Counted from the stretch's first letter, positions 1 through 8,980 are shown. The stretch is 24,811 nt of DNA from Clostridia bacterium (GCA_017614495.1 JAGABQ010000056.1:1-24811), one strand, 5' to 3'. Notes: a model not told the origin generated them from the letters alone. Numbers and translations are program-made.

Positions 1-1125
1 AAGAACCTCATCATGATAGCGATCGGATTTTTCCTGCTCTATCTCGCGATAGGCAGAAAATACGAGCCGCTGCTTCTTCTCCCGATCGCTTTCGGAATAA
101 TCCTGACCAATCTCCCGGGAGCCGAGATGTTCCACGCCGCGTTATTTGAAAGCGGACACGTATCGTGGGAATATTTTGCCGGAGGCGGCGATATTACCCC
201 CGGTCTGCTCGACTATCTCTATCTCGGAGTCAAACTCGGGATTTACCCCTGTCTGATATTCATCGGCATAGGGGCAATGACGGATTTCGGGCCGCTCATC
301 GCCAATCCCTCCTCCCTTCTGCTCGGAGGCGCGGCTCAGCTCGGCATTTTCGTGACCTTCGTTGTCGCGGCGATAATCCCCGGCGGACTTTTCTCGCTTG
401 AGCAGGCTGCGTCGATCGGTATCATCGGCGGAGCCGACGGACCTACGGCAATATACACGACGTCAAAGCTCGCCCCCGAGCTGCTCGGTCCGATAGCCAT
501 CGCGGCGTATACCTACATGGCGTTCGTGCCGATGATACAGCCGCCCATCATGCGGCTCCTCACGACCGAAAAAGAGCGCCGCATCGAGATGAAACCTGTC
601 GAAAACGTGGGAAAGAAAGAAAAAATAATCTTCCCGATCGTCGTGACGGTTTTCGTCTCGCTCCTCATACCTGACGCCGCTCCCCTCGTCGGATGTCTCA
701 TGCTCGGAAACCTCCTTAAAGAATGCGGAGTGACCGACAGACTGTCAAAAACCGTTCAGAACGAACTTTGCAACATAGTTACGATATTCCTCGGGATTTC
801 GGTCGGCGCGACAGCGACGGGAGCCAGTTTCCTCAATCTCAAAACGCTTTTCATCATCGTCCTCGGCGTGGTCGCCTTCGGGATGGGAAGCGCGGGCGGC
901 GTGCTCCTCGCGAAGTTCCTGAATCTTTTCAGAAAGAACAAGATCAACCCGCTTATAGGTTCGGCAGGCGTTTCGGCGGTCCCCATGGCGGCGAGAGTCT
1001 CGCAGCTTGAAGGCCAGAAGGCGAATCCCAAAAACTTCCTGCTGATGAACGCAATGGGCGCAAACGTCGCGGGGGTCATCGGTTCGGCGATCGCCGCCGG
1101 CGTGCTTATCGCGATATTCGGCTGA
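1..1125 (+). CDS. oadB: Na+-translocating decarboxylase beta subunit (OadB/GcdB/MmdB family), 5'-truncated by window edge
   Basis: Frame is open from base 1 (KNLIMIAIG...). Highly hydrophobic, with family motifs [55 protein letters not shown] and [12 protein letters not shown]. Directly upstream of an OadA-like gene. Confidence 0.93.
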   Translation, partial: KNLIMIAIGFFLLYLAIGRKYEPLLLLPIAFGIILTNLPGAEMFHAALFESGHVSWEYFAGGGDITPGLLDYLYLGVKLGIYPCLIFIGIGAMTDFGPLIANPSSLLLGGAAQLGIFVTFVVAAIIPGGLFSLEQAASIGIIGGADGPTAIYTTSKLAPELLGPIAIAAYTYMAFVPMIQPPIMRLLTTEKERRIEMKPVENVGKKEKIIFPIVVTVFVSLLIPDAAPLVGCLMLGNLLKECGVTDRLSKTVQNELCNIVTIFLGISVGATATGASFLNLKTLFIIVLGVVAFGMGSAGGVLLAKFLNLFRKNKINPLIGSAGVSAVPMAARVSQLEGQKANPKNFLLMNAMGANVAGVIGSAIAAGVLIAIFG

Positions 1126-1146
1126 CGCCGACTGAAAGGCATAATA

Positions 1147-2598
1147 ATGGGCAAACTCTTAATTACCGACACGATTTTACGCGACGCTCATCAGTCTCAT
1201 GCCGCGACGCGTATGCGGCTTGACGACATGCTTCCGGCATGCGAAAAGCTCGATTCAATCGGATACTGGTCCCTTGAATGCTGGGGCGGCGCGACGTTTG
1301 ATTCCTGTATGAGGTTCCTCGACGAGGATCCGTGGATACGTCTCCGCACGCTCAGGGAAGCGATGCCTAAAACAAAACTGCAGATGCTTCTCCGCGGCCA
1401 GAACCTCCTCGGATACAGGCATTACGCCGACGACGTCGTGACCGAATTCGTCAGAAAATCAGTCGAAAACGGCATTGACGTTATAAGGATATTCGACGCG
1501 CTCAACGACGTGCGCAACTTTGAAACTTGTATCAAATCGCTGAAAAGCGTGAGGATTTCTCATCCTTCCGCAGTATGCGAAACTGCGCTTTCGTACACCA
1601 AAAGCCCGGTACACAGCGAGGATTATTTCGTCGATCTCGCCGTCCGTCTCCAGAAAATGGGGGCCGACACGATATGCGTCAAGGACATGGCGAATCTTCT
1701 CCTCCCGATGGACGCATACAGTCTCGTAAAAAAGCTCAAGCAGGCCCTTGACATTCCGGTCCACCTTCACACGCACAACACTACGGGGACGGGCGACATG
1801 GTGTACTTGATGGCTTCTCAAGCCGGAGTTGACATCGTTGACACCGCCCTCTCGCCGTTTGCCAACGGGACCTCACAGCCGGCGACCGAATCTCTCGTCG
1901 CCACGCTCAGAGGCACAGAGCGCGACACAGGGCTCGACCTCGCTTCCCTTTCCGAAATATCCGCCCATTTCCGAAAAGTCGCCGAAAAGATGCGCGCCGA
2001 CGGACTGATAAATCCGAAGGTGTACATGGTAGATCCGAACACGCTCCTTTATCAGGTTCCGGGCGGAATGCTCTCAAACCTGATGAAACAGCTCAAGGAC
2101 GTGGGCAGGGACGATCTCCTTCCCGAGGTCCTTGCCGAGGTGCCGCGGGTACGTGCCGATTTCGGATATCCGCCGCTCGTTACCCCGACGTCCCAGATAG
2201 TCGGGACTCAGGCGATGCTCAACGTAATGTCGGGCGAGCGCTATAAGCTTTTTTCTCAGGAATCCAAAGCCCTGCTGTCCGGGAATTACGGAAAACTGCC
2301 GGGAGAAGTCAACGAGGAAATCAGAAAAATGGCGATCGGCGACGCTGAACCCATAACATGCCGTCCCGCCGATCTCATCCGTCCGGAGCTTGAAAAAATG
2401 AAGGCGGACGCCTCGCACGTTGCAAAATGCGACGAGGACGTGCTGAGCTTTGCCCTCTTCCCCGAGGTTGCCGAGAAATTTCTCCGTAAGAGAAACGAGG
2501 GAACCGAATCGGCGAAGGACGTCCCCGAGGTCAAAAAATCAGCCGCGCCGGACAACGGCGTACGCGTTCTTTACGTTGACGACAGATCCGTGAAATAA
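1147..2598 (+). CDS. oadA: Oxaloacetate decarboxylase alpha subunit / pyruvate carboxylase B-like carboxyltransferase (no C-terminal biotinyl domain)
   Basis: Motifs DTILRDAHQS..ATRMR, SLECWGGATFDSCMRFLDEDPW, MLLRGQNLLGYRHYADD, ICVKDMA, HLHTH, QVPGGMLSNL and GYPPLVTPTSQIVGTQA. 483 aa with no MKM biotin motif. Confidence 0.88.
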   Translation: MGKLLITDTILRDAHQSHAATRMRLDDMLPACEKLDSIGYWSLECWGGATFDSCMRFLDEDPWIRLRTLREAMPKTKLQMLLRGQNLLGYRHYADDVVTEFVRKSVENGIDVIRIFDALNDVRNFETCIKSLKSVRISHPSAVCETALSYTKSPVHSEDYFVDLAVRLQKMGADTICVKDMANLLLPMDAYSLVKKLKQALDIPVHLHTHNTTGTGDMVYLMASQAGVDIVDTALSPFANGTSQPATESLVATLRGTERDTGLDLASLSEISAHFRKVAEKMRADGLINPKVYMVDPNTLLYQVPGGMLSNLMKQLKDVGRDDLLPEVLAEVPRVRADFGYPPLVTPTSQIVGTQAMLNVMSGERYKLFSQESKALLSGNYGKLPGEVNEEIRKMAIGDAEPITCRPADLIRPELEKMKADASHVAKCDEDVLSFALFPEVAEKFLRKRNEGTESAKDVPEVKKSAAPDNGVRVLYVDDRSVK

Positions 2599-2615
2599 TA
2601 ACCGAGGAATCCCAT

Positions 2616-3692
2616 ATGCTTTTGTCACAGCTTTCTACGCCGGCGCTCGTTCTCGACGGCGAAAAATTCAGAAAAAATCTGAAAACCATGAGCGCTCTTC
2701 TCGCGGGATCGGACGTTTCGCTCAGACCTCACTACAAATCCAATAAATGCTCGGCGATCGCGCACATGCAGATCGAAAGCGGCGCAAAAGGCATGACCTG
2801 CGCAAAGATCAGCGAGGCGGAGGATCTCATCACGTCGGGAATATCTGACGTCCTGATTGCCAACCAGATCGTTGACGGCTCAAAGATCCGCCGCGCGGCC
2901 GAGCTTGCGCTTATGTGCAGACTGACGGTCTGCGCCGACAGCGCGGAAAATCTGAAAGAGCTCTCGGAAGCCGCGGTCCGCGTCGGCTCCGTTATCCACG
3001 TTCTCATAGAATACGATATCGGAATGTGCAGATGCGGCGTCACCGAACCGGAGGCCTTCGTCCGCCTCGCAGAGCTCGCCCGTTCCCTGCCCGGACTTGA
3101 ATTCGACGGGATACAGGCGTACGCGGGGCACGCCTCTCACGTTATTGACGGAAAAGAGCGACTTGCCTGCGCGGAGAAATCGCTCGCCGCGCTCAACGCT
3201 CTCAGAGAAAAGCTCGCGGAGGAAAACATTCCGGTCGGGACGATCTCCGGCGGGAGCACCGGCACCTCGCTCATAGTTTCAAAGCTGAACGGAATATACA
3301 CAGAACTCCAGGCGGGGAGCTACATTTTCATGGATTCGACCTATGAAAAGCTCGGCCTCCCATTTGAAAATTCGCTTTTCGTCATCTCGACGGTCGTCAG
3401 CGCGCGTCCGGGGCTTACCGTCCTTGACGTAGGAGCGAAAGGGCTCGGCGCCGATCAGGACGAGCCGTTCTGCATCACTCCCGACGGGCGCAGAATCGCG
3501 GCCGACAGCGTCGAACTCAACGAGGAACACCTCAAGCTTTTCGGTGAAATAGGACTCAAGGTCGGGGACAGAGTGCTCGTCGTTCCCGGTCACTGTTGCA
3601 CTACCGTTAATCTTTATGATCTCATTTACGTCTATGAAGGCGAAAAGATCGTCGACAGGTTTGCGGTAACGGCGAGAGGAAAATCGGTCTGA
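2616..3692 (+). CDS. DSD1 / D-threonine aldolase family PLP-dependent enzyme (fold type III); substrate unknown
   Basis: TPALVLD, RPHYKSNK (PLP Lys), TCAKISEAE, GGSTGT, ELQAGSYIFMD, LDVGAKGL, NEEH and PGHCCTTVN (H-x-C metal site). SD GAGGA upstream. Confidence 0.85.
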   Translation: MLLSQLSTPALVLDGEKFRKNLKTMSALLAGSDVSLRPHYKSNKCSAIAHMQIESGAKGMTCAKISEAEDLITSGISDVLIANQIVDGSKIRRAAELALMCRLTVCADSAENLKELSEAAVRVGSVIHVLIEYDIGMCRCGVTEPEAFVRLAELARSLPGLEFDGIQAYAGHASHVIDGKERLACAEKSLAALNALREKLAEENIPVGTISGGSTGTSLIVSKLNGIYTELQAGSYIFMDSTYEKLGLPFENSLFVISTVVSARPGLTVLDVGAKGLGADQDEPFCITPDGRRIAADSVELNEEHLKLFGEIGLKVGDRVLVVPGHCCTTVNLYDLIYVYEGEKIVDRFAVTARGKSV

Positions 3693-3747
3693 CGCCCGAC
3701 CGCAACGCAAAAATGAAATCGCGGAAGGTCAATCCTTCAAAAAGCTA

Positions 3748-3776
3748 TTGACAAACCGCATTTCAGGTAGTATAAT
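3748..3776 (+). promoter_or_regulatory. sigmaA/sigma70 promoter of serC operon
   Basis: TTGACA (3748-3753), 17 nt spacer, TATAAT (3771-3776). SD AGGAG at 3806-3810. Confidence 0.88.
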
Positions 3777-3818
3777 TGGCAGAGTTTACCATAAGATTAT
3801 TCAAAAGGAGACCAGGTC

Positions 3819-4910
3819 ATGAACAGGGTTTACAATTTTTCGGCAGGTCCGTCGATGCTTCCGCTCAGCGTGCTCGAACGCGCGCAGAGAGAGCTCGTAT
3901 GTTACGGAGACAGCGGGATGTCCGTCATGGAAATGAGCCACAGATCGCCCGAATACGACGCGATCATTAAAAAAGCTCAGGCGGATATCCGGACTCTCAT
4001 GTCCATACCGGACAACTACAAGGTGCTTTTCATGCAGGGCGGCGCCTCCATGGTGTTCGCATCCGTTTGTTATAATCTTCTGACGGGATCGAAAAAAGCG
4101 GATTATATCGTAACCGGACAGTTCTCCAAAAAAGCGTACAAAGAGGCGCAGAAATACGGAGACATCCGTCTCGTCGCCTCGTCCGAAGACAAGAACAACA
4201 CTTATATCCCTCGTGTCGGACGCGGTGATTTCCGCCCCGACGCGGACTACGTGCACATCTGCTTCAACAACACGATTTACGGTACGAAATACGATTACAT
4301 ACCCGACACCGGCGACATCCCGCTCGTCGCGGATATGTCCTCGTGTATCCTCTCCGAGCCGATTGACGTGACGAAATTCGGCGTAATCTACGCGGGCGCT
4401 CAGAAGAACGTGGCGCCGGCGGGGCTCACGATCGTCATCGTCCGCGAGGATCTGCTCGGAAAATGCCGTCCCGACACGCCGGCAATGTTCGACTGGAAAC
4501 TGATTTCCGACAACGACTCGATGTACAATACTCCTCCCTGCTATCCGATTTACGTGGCCGGGCTCGTCTTTGAGGATCTGCTCGCAAACGGAGGACTGGA
4601 AGCCAAAAAAGAGTACAACGTACGCAAGGCGGCGATACTTTACGATTACCTCGACTCGCAGAGCTATTATATCGCTCCTGTCGAAAAGAGCGCCCGCTCC
4701 ATGATGAACGTGACCTTCGTGACCGGAGATCCGGATCTCGACAAAAAATTTGCTTCGGAAGCCGGAAAAGATGGTCTGAAAAACGTAAAGGGACACCGTT
4801 CTGTCGGCGGCATGCGAGCGTCGATCTACAACGCCATGCCTACGGAAGGCGTTGAGAAACTCGTCGCCTTTATGAAAAAATTTGCTGAGGAGAACCCGAA
4901 AAATGCCTGA
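3819..4910 (+). CDS. serC: Phosphoserine aminotransferase
   Basis: YNFSAGPSMLP, SVMEMSHRS, LFMQGGAS, NNTIYGT, DMSS, YAGAQKNVAPAG, YNTPP, RSMMNV and GHRSVGGMRASIYNA. Confidence 0.97.
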   Translation: MNRVYNFSAGPSMLPLSVLERAQRELVCYGDSGMSVMEMSHRSPEYDAIIKKAQADIRTLMSIPDNYKVLFMQGGASMVFASVCYNLLTGSKKADYIVTGQFSKKAYKEAQKYGDIRLVASSEDKNNTYIPRVGRGDFRPDADYVHICFNNTIYGTKYDYIPDTGDIPLVADMSSCILSEPIDVTKFGVIYAGAQKNVAPAGLTIVIVREDLLGKCRPDTPAMFDWKLISDNDSMYNTPPCYPIYVAGLVFEDLLANGGLEAKKEYNVRKAAILYDYLDSQSYYIAPVEKSARSMMNVTFVTGDPDLDKKFASEAGKDGLKNVKGHRSVGGMRASIYNAMPTEGVEKLVAFMKKFAEENPKNA

Positions 4911-6075
4911 AAAGTTTAAAATCCAGCTGCTCAACAACATCGCTCAGGTCGGTCTTGACGGCTTTGAAAAAGAAAAATTCGAGTACTCAAAGGAAGAAAA
5001 CGATCCCGACGCGGTGCTCGTCCGCTCGGCAGACATGCACGAAATGAAGTTCGGCAGCCGCCTCGCCGCCATAGGCAGGGCCGGAGCAGGTGTCAACAAC
5101 ATTCCTCTGTCGGAATGCGCAGAACATGGTATCGTCGTTTTCAACACCCCCGGCGCGAACGCAAACGGCGTTAAGGAACTCACGATCGCCGCTCTGCTCC
5201 TCGCCTCCCGCGGGATCATCGGCGGGGTCGAATGGGCAAAATCCCATCAAGGCGAAACCGGCGTCGCCAAGCTCGCCGAAAAGGAAAAATCCCGCTTCGC
5301 GGGGTGCGAGATCGAGGGAAAACGCCTCGGGGTCATCGGCCTCGGCGCCATCGGCGGTCTCGTGGCAAACGCCGCCAAGAGTCTCGGCATGAAGGTCATA
5401 GGATGCGATCCGTTCATTACAGTCGAGGCGGCATGGGGGCTTTCTCGTTCTATCGAAAAAGCCGCCGACTATGACGAAATATTCGCGACGAGTGATTATA
5501 TTACCCTCCACGTGCCGGCCACGCCCGACACCAAGGGTATGATAAACGCTGACACGATATCCAAGATGAAGGACGGCGTCCGCATTATAAACCTCGCGAG
5601 GGCCGACCTTGTTGATTCAAAAGCGATCATCGACGGGATAAAATCCGGTAAAATCGCCGCCTACGTGACTGATTTCATAACCGACGATCTCATCGGAGCG
5701 GACGAAAGGATCATCTGCATCCCTCATCTCGGCGCCTCGACCGAGGAATCGGAGGACAAATGCGCCATCATGGCCGTACGCGAAATATCCGAGTATCTCA
5801 AGAACGGAAACATAACCCATTCGGTGAATTTCCCCGACGCTTCCCTTCCGCATACCGGAAATGCGCGTATATGCGTACTGCACCGCAACGTATCCGGGGT
5901 TATTTCCAAAATAACCGCCGCCATAGCCGATGAAAAGATAAATATCGAGAACTTCATCAGCCGTTCGCGCGGAGATTACGCTTACGCGATTTTTGAAACC
6001 AACAGCAAGGTTTCCGACGAAGCGGTCGCCAAGCTTGCGTCGCTCGACGAAACGATAAGAATCCGCTGTATATGA
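4903..6075 (+). CDS. serA: D-3-phosphoglycerate dehydrogenase with C-terminal ACT domain (390 aa)
   Basis: RAGAGVNNI, VFNTPGANAN, GVIGLGAIG, ITLHVP, NLAR, PHLGASTEES and ACT domain LHRNVSGVI...NIENF. Start moved to ATG 4903 (GAGGAG at 4887-4892) from the track's TTG 4882. Overlaps the serC end. Confidence 0.92.
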   Translation: MPEKFKIQLLNNIAQVGLDGFEKEKFEYSKEENDPDAVLVRSADMHEMKFGSRLAAIGRAGAGVNNIPLSECAEHGIVVFNTPGANANGVKELTIAALLLASRGIIGGVEWAKSHQGETGVAKLAEKEKSRFAGCEIEGKRLGVIGLGAIGGLVANAAKSLGMKVIGCDPFITVEAAWGLSRSIEKAADYDEIFATSDYITLHVPATPDTKGMINADTISKMKDGVRIINLARADLVDSKAIIDGIKSGKIAAYVTDFITDDLIGADERIICIPHLGASTEESEDKCAIMAVREISEYLKNGNITHSVNFPDASLPHTGNARICVLHRNVSGVISKITAAIADEKINIENFISRSRGDYAYAIFETNSKVSDEAVAKLASLDETIRIRCI

Positions 6076-6572
6076 AGCACGGGGCGCTTATCCTGATTTC
6101 TGATAACGTTTACGGAAAAACAGGAGGCCACGACGCGGCGTATTCAATGATAAAGGAAGTCCTCGGGAACGGATGCGAGATAAAAAAAACCGAACTCGGA
6201 GCGCCTTATATCGAAGGATCGGAAAAACATATTTCCGTTTCACACTCGTCGGCTCTTATCGTATGCGCGATATCTGACGTCCCGATAGGCGTCGATACCG
6301 AACCGCGCGACAGAAAAGTACCGGAAAACGTCGTTTCCCGGATAACGGGAAAGGTCGATCCCGACCCCGTCGTCGGATGGACCAAAATAGAGTCTTCGCT
6401 CAAGCTTTTCGGGCACGGGCTCGACCGTATACGTGACTGCGACGAATTCATCGCGTCGTCAAATCACACGGTAAGATTCATCAACGGCAGCGTCGTGACC
6501 GTCGCGACGAAAAAAGAAGACGGGAAGGTCGCGGTCATGTTCAAGACCGTCGAGGAGGAAAAAAAGGAATGA
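6072..6572 (+). CDS. 4'-phosphopantetheinyl transferase superfamily protein (compact, divergent)
   Basis: LGAPY...HISVSHS, IGVDTE and WTKIESSLKLFGHG resemble Sfp/AcpS-superfamily motifs. ATGA overlap with the serA stop. Confidence 0.7.
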   Translation: MKHGALILISDNVYGKTGGHDAAYSMIKEVLGNGCEIKKTELGAPYIEGSEKHISVSHSSALIVCAISDVPIGVDTEPRDRKVPENVVSRITGKVDPDPVVGWTKIESSLKLFGHGLDRIRDCDEFIASSNHTVRFINGSVVTVATKKEDGKVAVMFKTVEEEKKE

Positions 6573-6844
6573 CAGGAAAACAGCGCGCCGCCCTGCGCTC
6601 GGCCGCAAACGGGATCGACCCGATCCAGCAGATCGGGTACAACGGCGTAACGGAAGAGATAATAAAAAACGTGGGGCTTGCGCTCACCGCGCGCGAACTG
6701 ATAAAACTCAGCGTCCACGAAACGTCTCCCGTTAACGCGCGCCAGGCGTCGGAGATACTTGCCGAAGCGACGGGCGCAGACGTTATACAGGTTATAGGCA
6801 GAAAACTCGTTCTGTACCGATACAATCCCGACCTTCACAAATAA
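6569..6844 (+). CDS. yhbY: YhbY / CRM-domain RNA-binding protein
   Basis: MTGKQRAALRSAA..IDPIQQIG..GV...LTARELIKLSV...QVIGRKLVLYR. ATGA overlap with the upstream gene. Confidence 0.92.
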   Translation: MTGKQRAALRSAANGIDPIQQIGYNGVTEEIIKNVGLALTARELIKLSVHETSPVNARQASEILAEATGADVIQVIGRKLVLYRYNPDLHK

Positions 6845-6849
6845 AGAAA

Positions 6850-6884
6850 AAAATCGCTTATGCCGCAACGGCATAAGCGATTTT
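6850..6884. terminator. Bidirectional intrinsic terminator between convergent yhbY and rplA
   Basis: Perfect 16-bp inverted repeat AAAATCGCTTATGCCG-caa-CGGCATAAGCGATTTT with A-run on the left and T-runs on the right. Confidence 0.85.
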
Positions 6885-6897
6885 AAGTTTTGAAAGA

Positions 6898-7584
6898 TTA
6901 CACGAGCTTTCCGGCATTGACCTTGATACCGGGGCCCATGGTGGAAGCCACTACGCAGCTTCTGATGTACTGTCCCTTTGCGGCGGCCGGCTTGGCTTTG
7001 ATGATCGCGCTCATGAGAGTGTCGAAGTTTTCACCGAGCTTATCGGCTCCGAAGGAAGACTTGCCTATCGGGCAGTGGATGATATTGTTCTTGTCAAGAC
7101 GGTACTCGATCTTACCTGCCTTCGCCTCGGTGACTGCCTTGGCGACGTCGGGCGTGACGGTACCCGCCTTGGGGTTAGGCATAAGTCCCTTAGGACCGAG
7201 GACACGGCCGAGACGTCCGATAACACCCATCATATCGGGGGACGCTATAACTACGTCGAACTCGAACCAGTTCTCTTTTGTGATCTTTTCAACGAGATCG
7301 GTGTCACCGACATACTCCGCACCTGCGGCGCGGGCTGCGTCAGCCTTGTCGCCCTTTGCAAAAACAAGGACTCTTACGGTCTTGCCGGTGCCGTTCGGAA
7401 GAACGACGGCGCCGCGGACCTGCTGATCGGCGTGACGCGAGTCAACACCGAGGCGGACGTGAAGTTCTACGGTCTCGTCGAATTTTGCCTTTGAGGTCTT
7501 GCATACGAGATCAAGAGCCTCGGAAGGATCGTAGTTTTTCGTTTTATCGAAAAGCTTTACGCTGTCAACATATTTCTTTCCCAT
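6898..7584 (-). CDS. rplA: 50S ribosomal protein L1 (228 aa)
   Basis: [51 protein letters not shown] and STMGPGIKV. Start set at ATG 7584 (AGGAGA at 7591-7596) rather than the track's 7608. Confidence 0.98.
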   Translation of the reverse strand: MGKKYVDSVKLFDKTKNYDPSEALDLVCKTSKAKFDETVELHVRLGVDSRHADQQVRGAVVLPNGTGKTVRVLVFAKGDKADAARAAGAEYVGDTDLVEKITKENWFEFDVVIASPDMMGVIGRLGRVLGPKGLMPNPKAGTVTPDVAKAVTEAKAGKIEYRLDKNNIIHCPIGKSSFGADKLGENFDTLMSAIIKAKPAAAKGQYIRSCVVASTMGPGIKVNAGKLV

Positions 7585-7597
7585 TTCGCGTCTCCTC

Positions 7598-8023
7598 TCA
7601 GTCCACAACGACTACGCCCATCGAGCGGGCGGTCCCGGCGATCATGCTCATGGCCGTTTCAAGAGAACCGGCGTTAAGATCGGGCATCTTGGTCTCGGCG
7701 ATCTGACGGATCTGATCCTTCGTGATCTTGGCGACCTTGTCCTTGTTCGGCTTTGCCGAGGCTGATTCGATACCGCAAGCCTTCTTGATAAGAACCGGTG
7801 CCGGCGGCGTCTTGGTGATGAACGTGAACGAGCGGTCGGCGTACACCGTGATGACTACGGGTATGATGAGACCGATCTGTGCTTTGGTTTTCTCGTTGAA
7901 TTCCTTGACGAAATTCGCGATATTGACTCCGTAAGCGCCGAGGGCCGGGCCTACGGGCGGCTGCGCCGTTGCTTTGCCGGCGTTAAGCTGAAGCTTTATA
8001 TAACCGCTTATTTTCTTTGCCAT
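7598..8023 (-). CDS. rplK: 50S ribosomal protein L11
   Basis: [54 protein letters not shown] and [17 protein letters not shown] at 8032-8037. Confidence 0.98.
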   Translation of the reverse strand: MAKKISGYIKLQLNAGKATAQPPVGPALGAYGVNIANFVKEFNEKTKAQIGLIIPVVITVYADRSFTFITKTPPAPVLIKKACGIESASAKPNKDKVAKITKDQIRQIAETKMPDLNAGSLETAMSMIAGTARSMGVVVVD

Positions 8024-8041
8024 TTTGTTTTACCTCCAAAT

Positions 8042-8082
8042 GTGGTCGTTAATCGGGGATTTGAATGATTTTCCCCTCCCAC
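8042..8082 (-). promoter_or_regulatory. Probable L1-binding autoregulatory leader upstream of rplK
   Basis: The transcript reads GUGG-GA-GGGGA-(12 nt loop)-UCCCC-GAUUAACGA-CCAC. These are two helices around an asymmetric internal loop, ending 4 nt before the rplK SD, which matches the known architecture of L1 mRNA operators. Confidence 0.65.
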
Positions 8083-8108
8083 TCCGTGATTTCTCACGGT
8101 TTCCGGGG

Positions 8109-8657
8109 TCAAGCCCCGGCAAGCTCCGCATCATCGGAATCGAGCTCCATCGGGACCTCGCGTCCGAAAAACGAAATGCGAACCTTGATTTTTTTCTCGT
8201 CTTCCGAGATCTCGTCAACGATTGCCGTGTTGCCGACGAGGGTGCCCCCCGTGATATGAACGGTATCGCCGACCTTGTAGCCGAGTCCTTTTTTGTGGAC
8301 CTTTATGCCGAGATTGATTACCTCCTGCTCGGAGATCGGCTCAGGTCTTGAACCCGGCCCGACAAAACCCGTCACGCCCGTTATGTTGCGGACGATGTGC
8401 CAGGTCTCGTCGCTCATCAGCATACGCACAAAGATGTATCCCGGGAAAACCTTGTTTTCGACGATCTTATCTTCTTCGCCGTTTTTTCCGGGGATAACGG
8501 TCGTGTCAACGGGGATGAAAACCTCCATTATCACGTCCTGGAGCTTGCGGTTGTCGATGATCTTTTCAAGATTTGATTTGACCTTGTTTTCGTAGCCTGC
8601 AAAGGTATGGACTATATACCATTGGGGCAACGGACTGATTTCATCAAAATCACTCAT
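8109..8657 (-). CDS. nusG: Transcription termination/antitermination factor NusG
   Basis: WYIVHTFAGYENKVK, KVFPGYIFVRM, WHIVRNITGVTGFVG, KOW motif YKVGDTVHITGG and ISFFGREVPMEL. Confidence 0.97.
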   Translation of the reverse strand: MSDFDEISPLPQWYIVHTFAGYENKVKSNLEKIIDNRKLQDVIMEVFIPVDTTVIPGKNGEEDKIVENKVFPGYIFVRMLMSDETWHIVRNITGVTGFVGPGSRPEPISEQEVINLGIKVHKKGLGYKVGDTVHITGGTLVGNTAIVDEISEDEKKIKVRISFFGREVPMELDSDDAELAGA

Positions 8658-8669
8658 GTCGGTTCACTT

Positions 8670-8969
8670 TCAGATGAGCTTGCCAAGCCACATGATGAGC
8701 GACGAAAAGCCCAGGTCAAGAAGGCTTATGACAGCAGAGCAGATAACAAGAGCGATAAGGACGAGTCCCGTGCTCTTCGCCGTCTGTTCTTTGCCGAACC
8801 AGACGATCTTTTTGAGCTCGCTTTTCAGGTCTTTGAAGAACTTTGAGATTTTTGCTCCGAGGCCGGGCTTGTCGGATCCGGATTTTTTCTTCAGGTTCTT
8901 CTTTTCGGATTTTTTGATTTCGGCTGCGTCTTTCTGAGAAGCCGCTTCGATTTTCTTTGTTTCCGCCAT
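8670..8969 (-). CDS. secE: Preprotein translocase subunit SecE
   Basis: KFFKDLKSELKKIVW followed by a single C-terminal TM helix. Lys-rich N-terminus. Canonical position between rpmG and nusG. Confidence 0.92.
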   Translation of the reverse strand: MAETKKIEAASQKDAAEIKKSEKKNLKKKSGSDKPGLGAKISKFFKDLKSELKKIVWFGKEQTAKSTGLVLIALVICSAVISLLDLGFSSLIMWLGKLI

Positions 8970-8980
8970 GTCAGTACTCC

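Noticed and set aside
3724-3738. GAAGG-tcaat-CCTTC hairpin after the DSD1-family gene
   Set aside because: Only 5 bp and followed by As on the + strand, so it is not a credible terminator for this operon.
3801-4940. 379-aa antisense ORF over serC, and similar shadows over serA, rplA, the ABC genes, galM and the MTase
   Set aside because: They overlap unambiguous conserved genes and show no recognisable protein features.
5660-5700. SerA lacks the Glu of the usual DVFxxEP catalytic segment (reads TDFITDD)
   Set aside because: A short DF-type segment is, to my recollection, normal for this SerA subfamily. Arg, His and the ACT serine-binding residues are intact, so this is not evidence of inactivation.
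6182-6189. A8 tract in the PPTase-like gene as a phase-variation or frameshift site
   Set aside because: The frame is intact, the tract is short and simply encodes Ile-Lys-Lys-Thr, and no alternative-frame product is evident.
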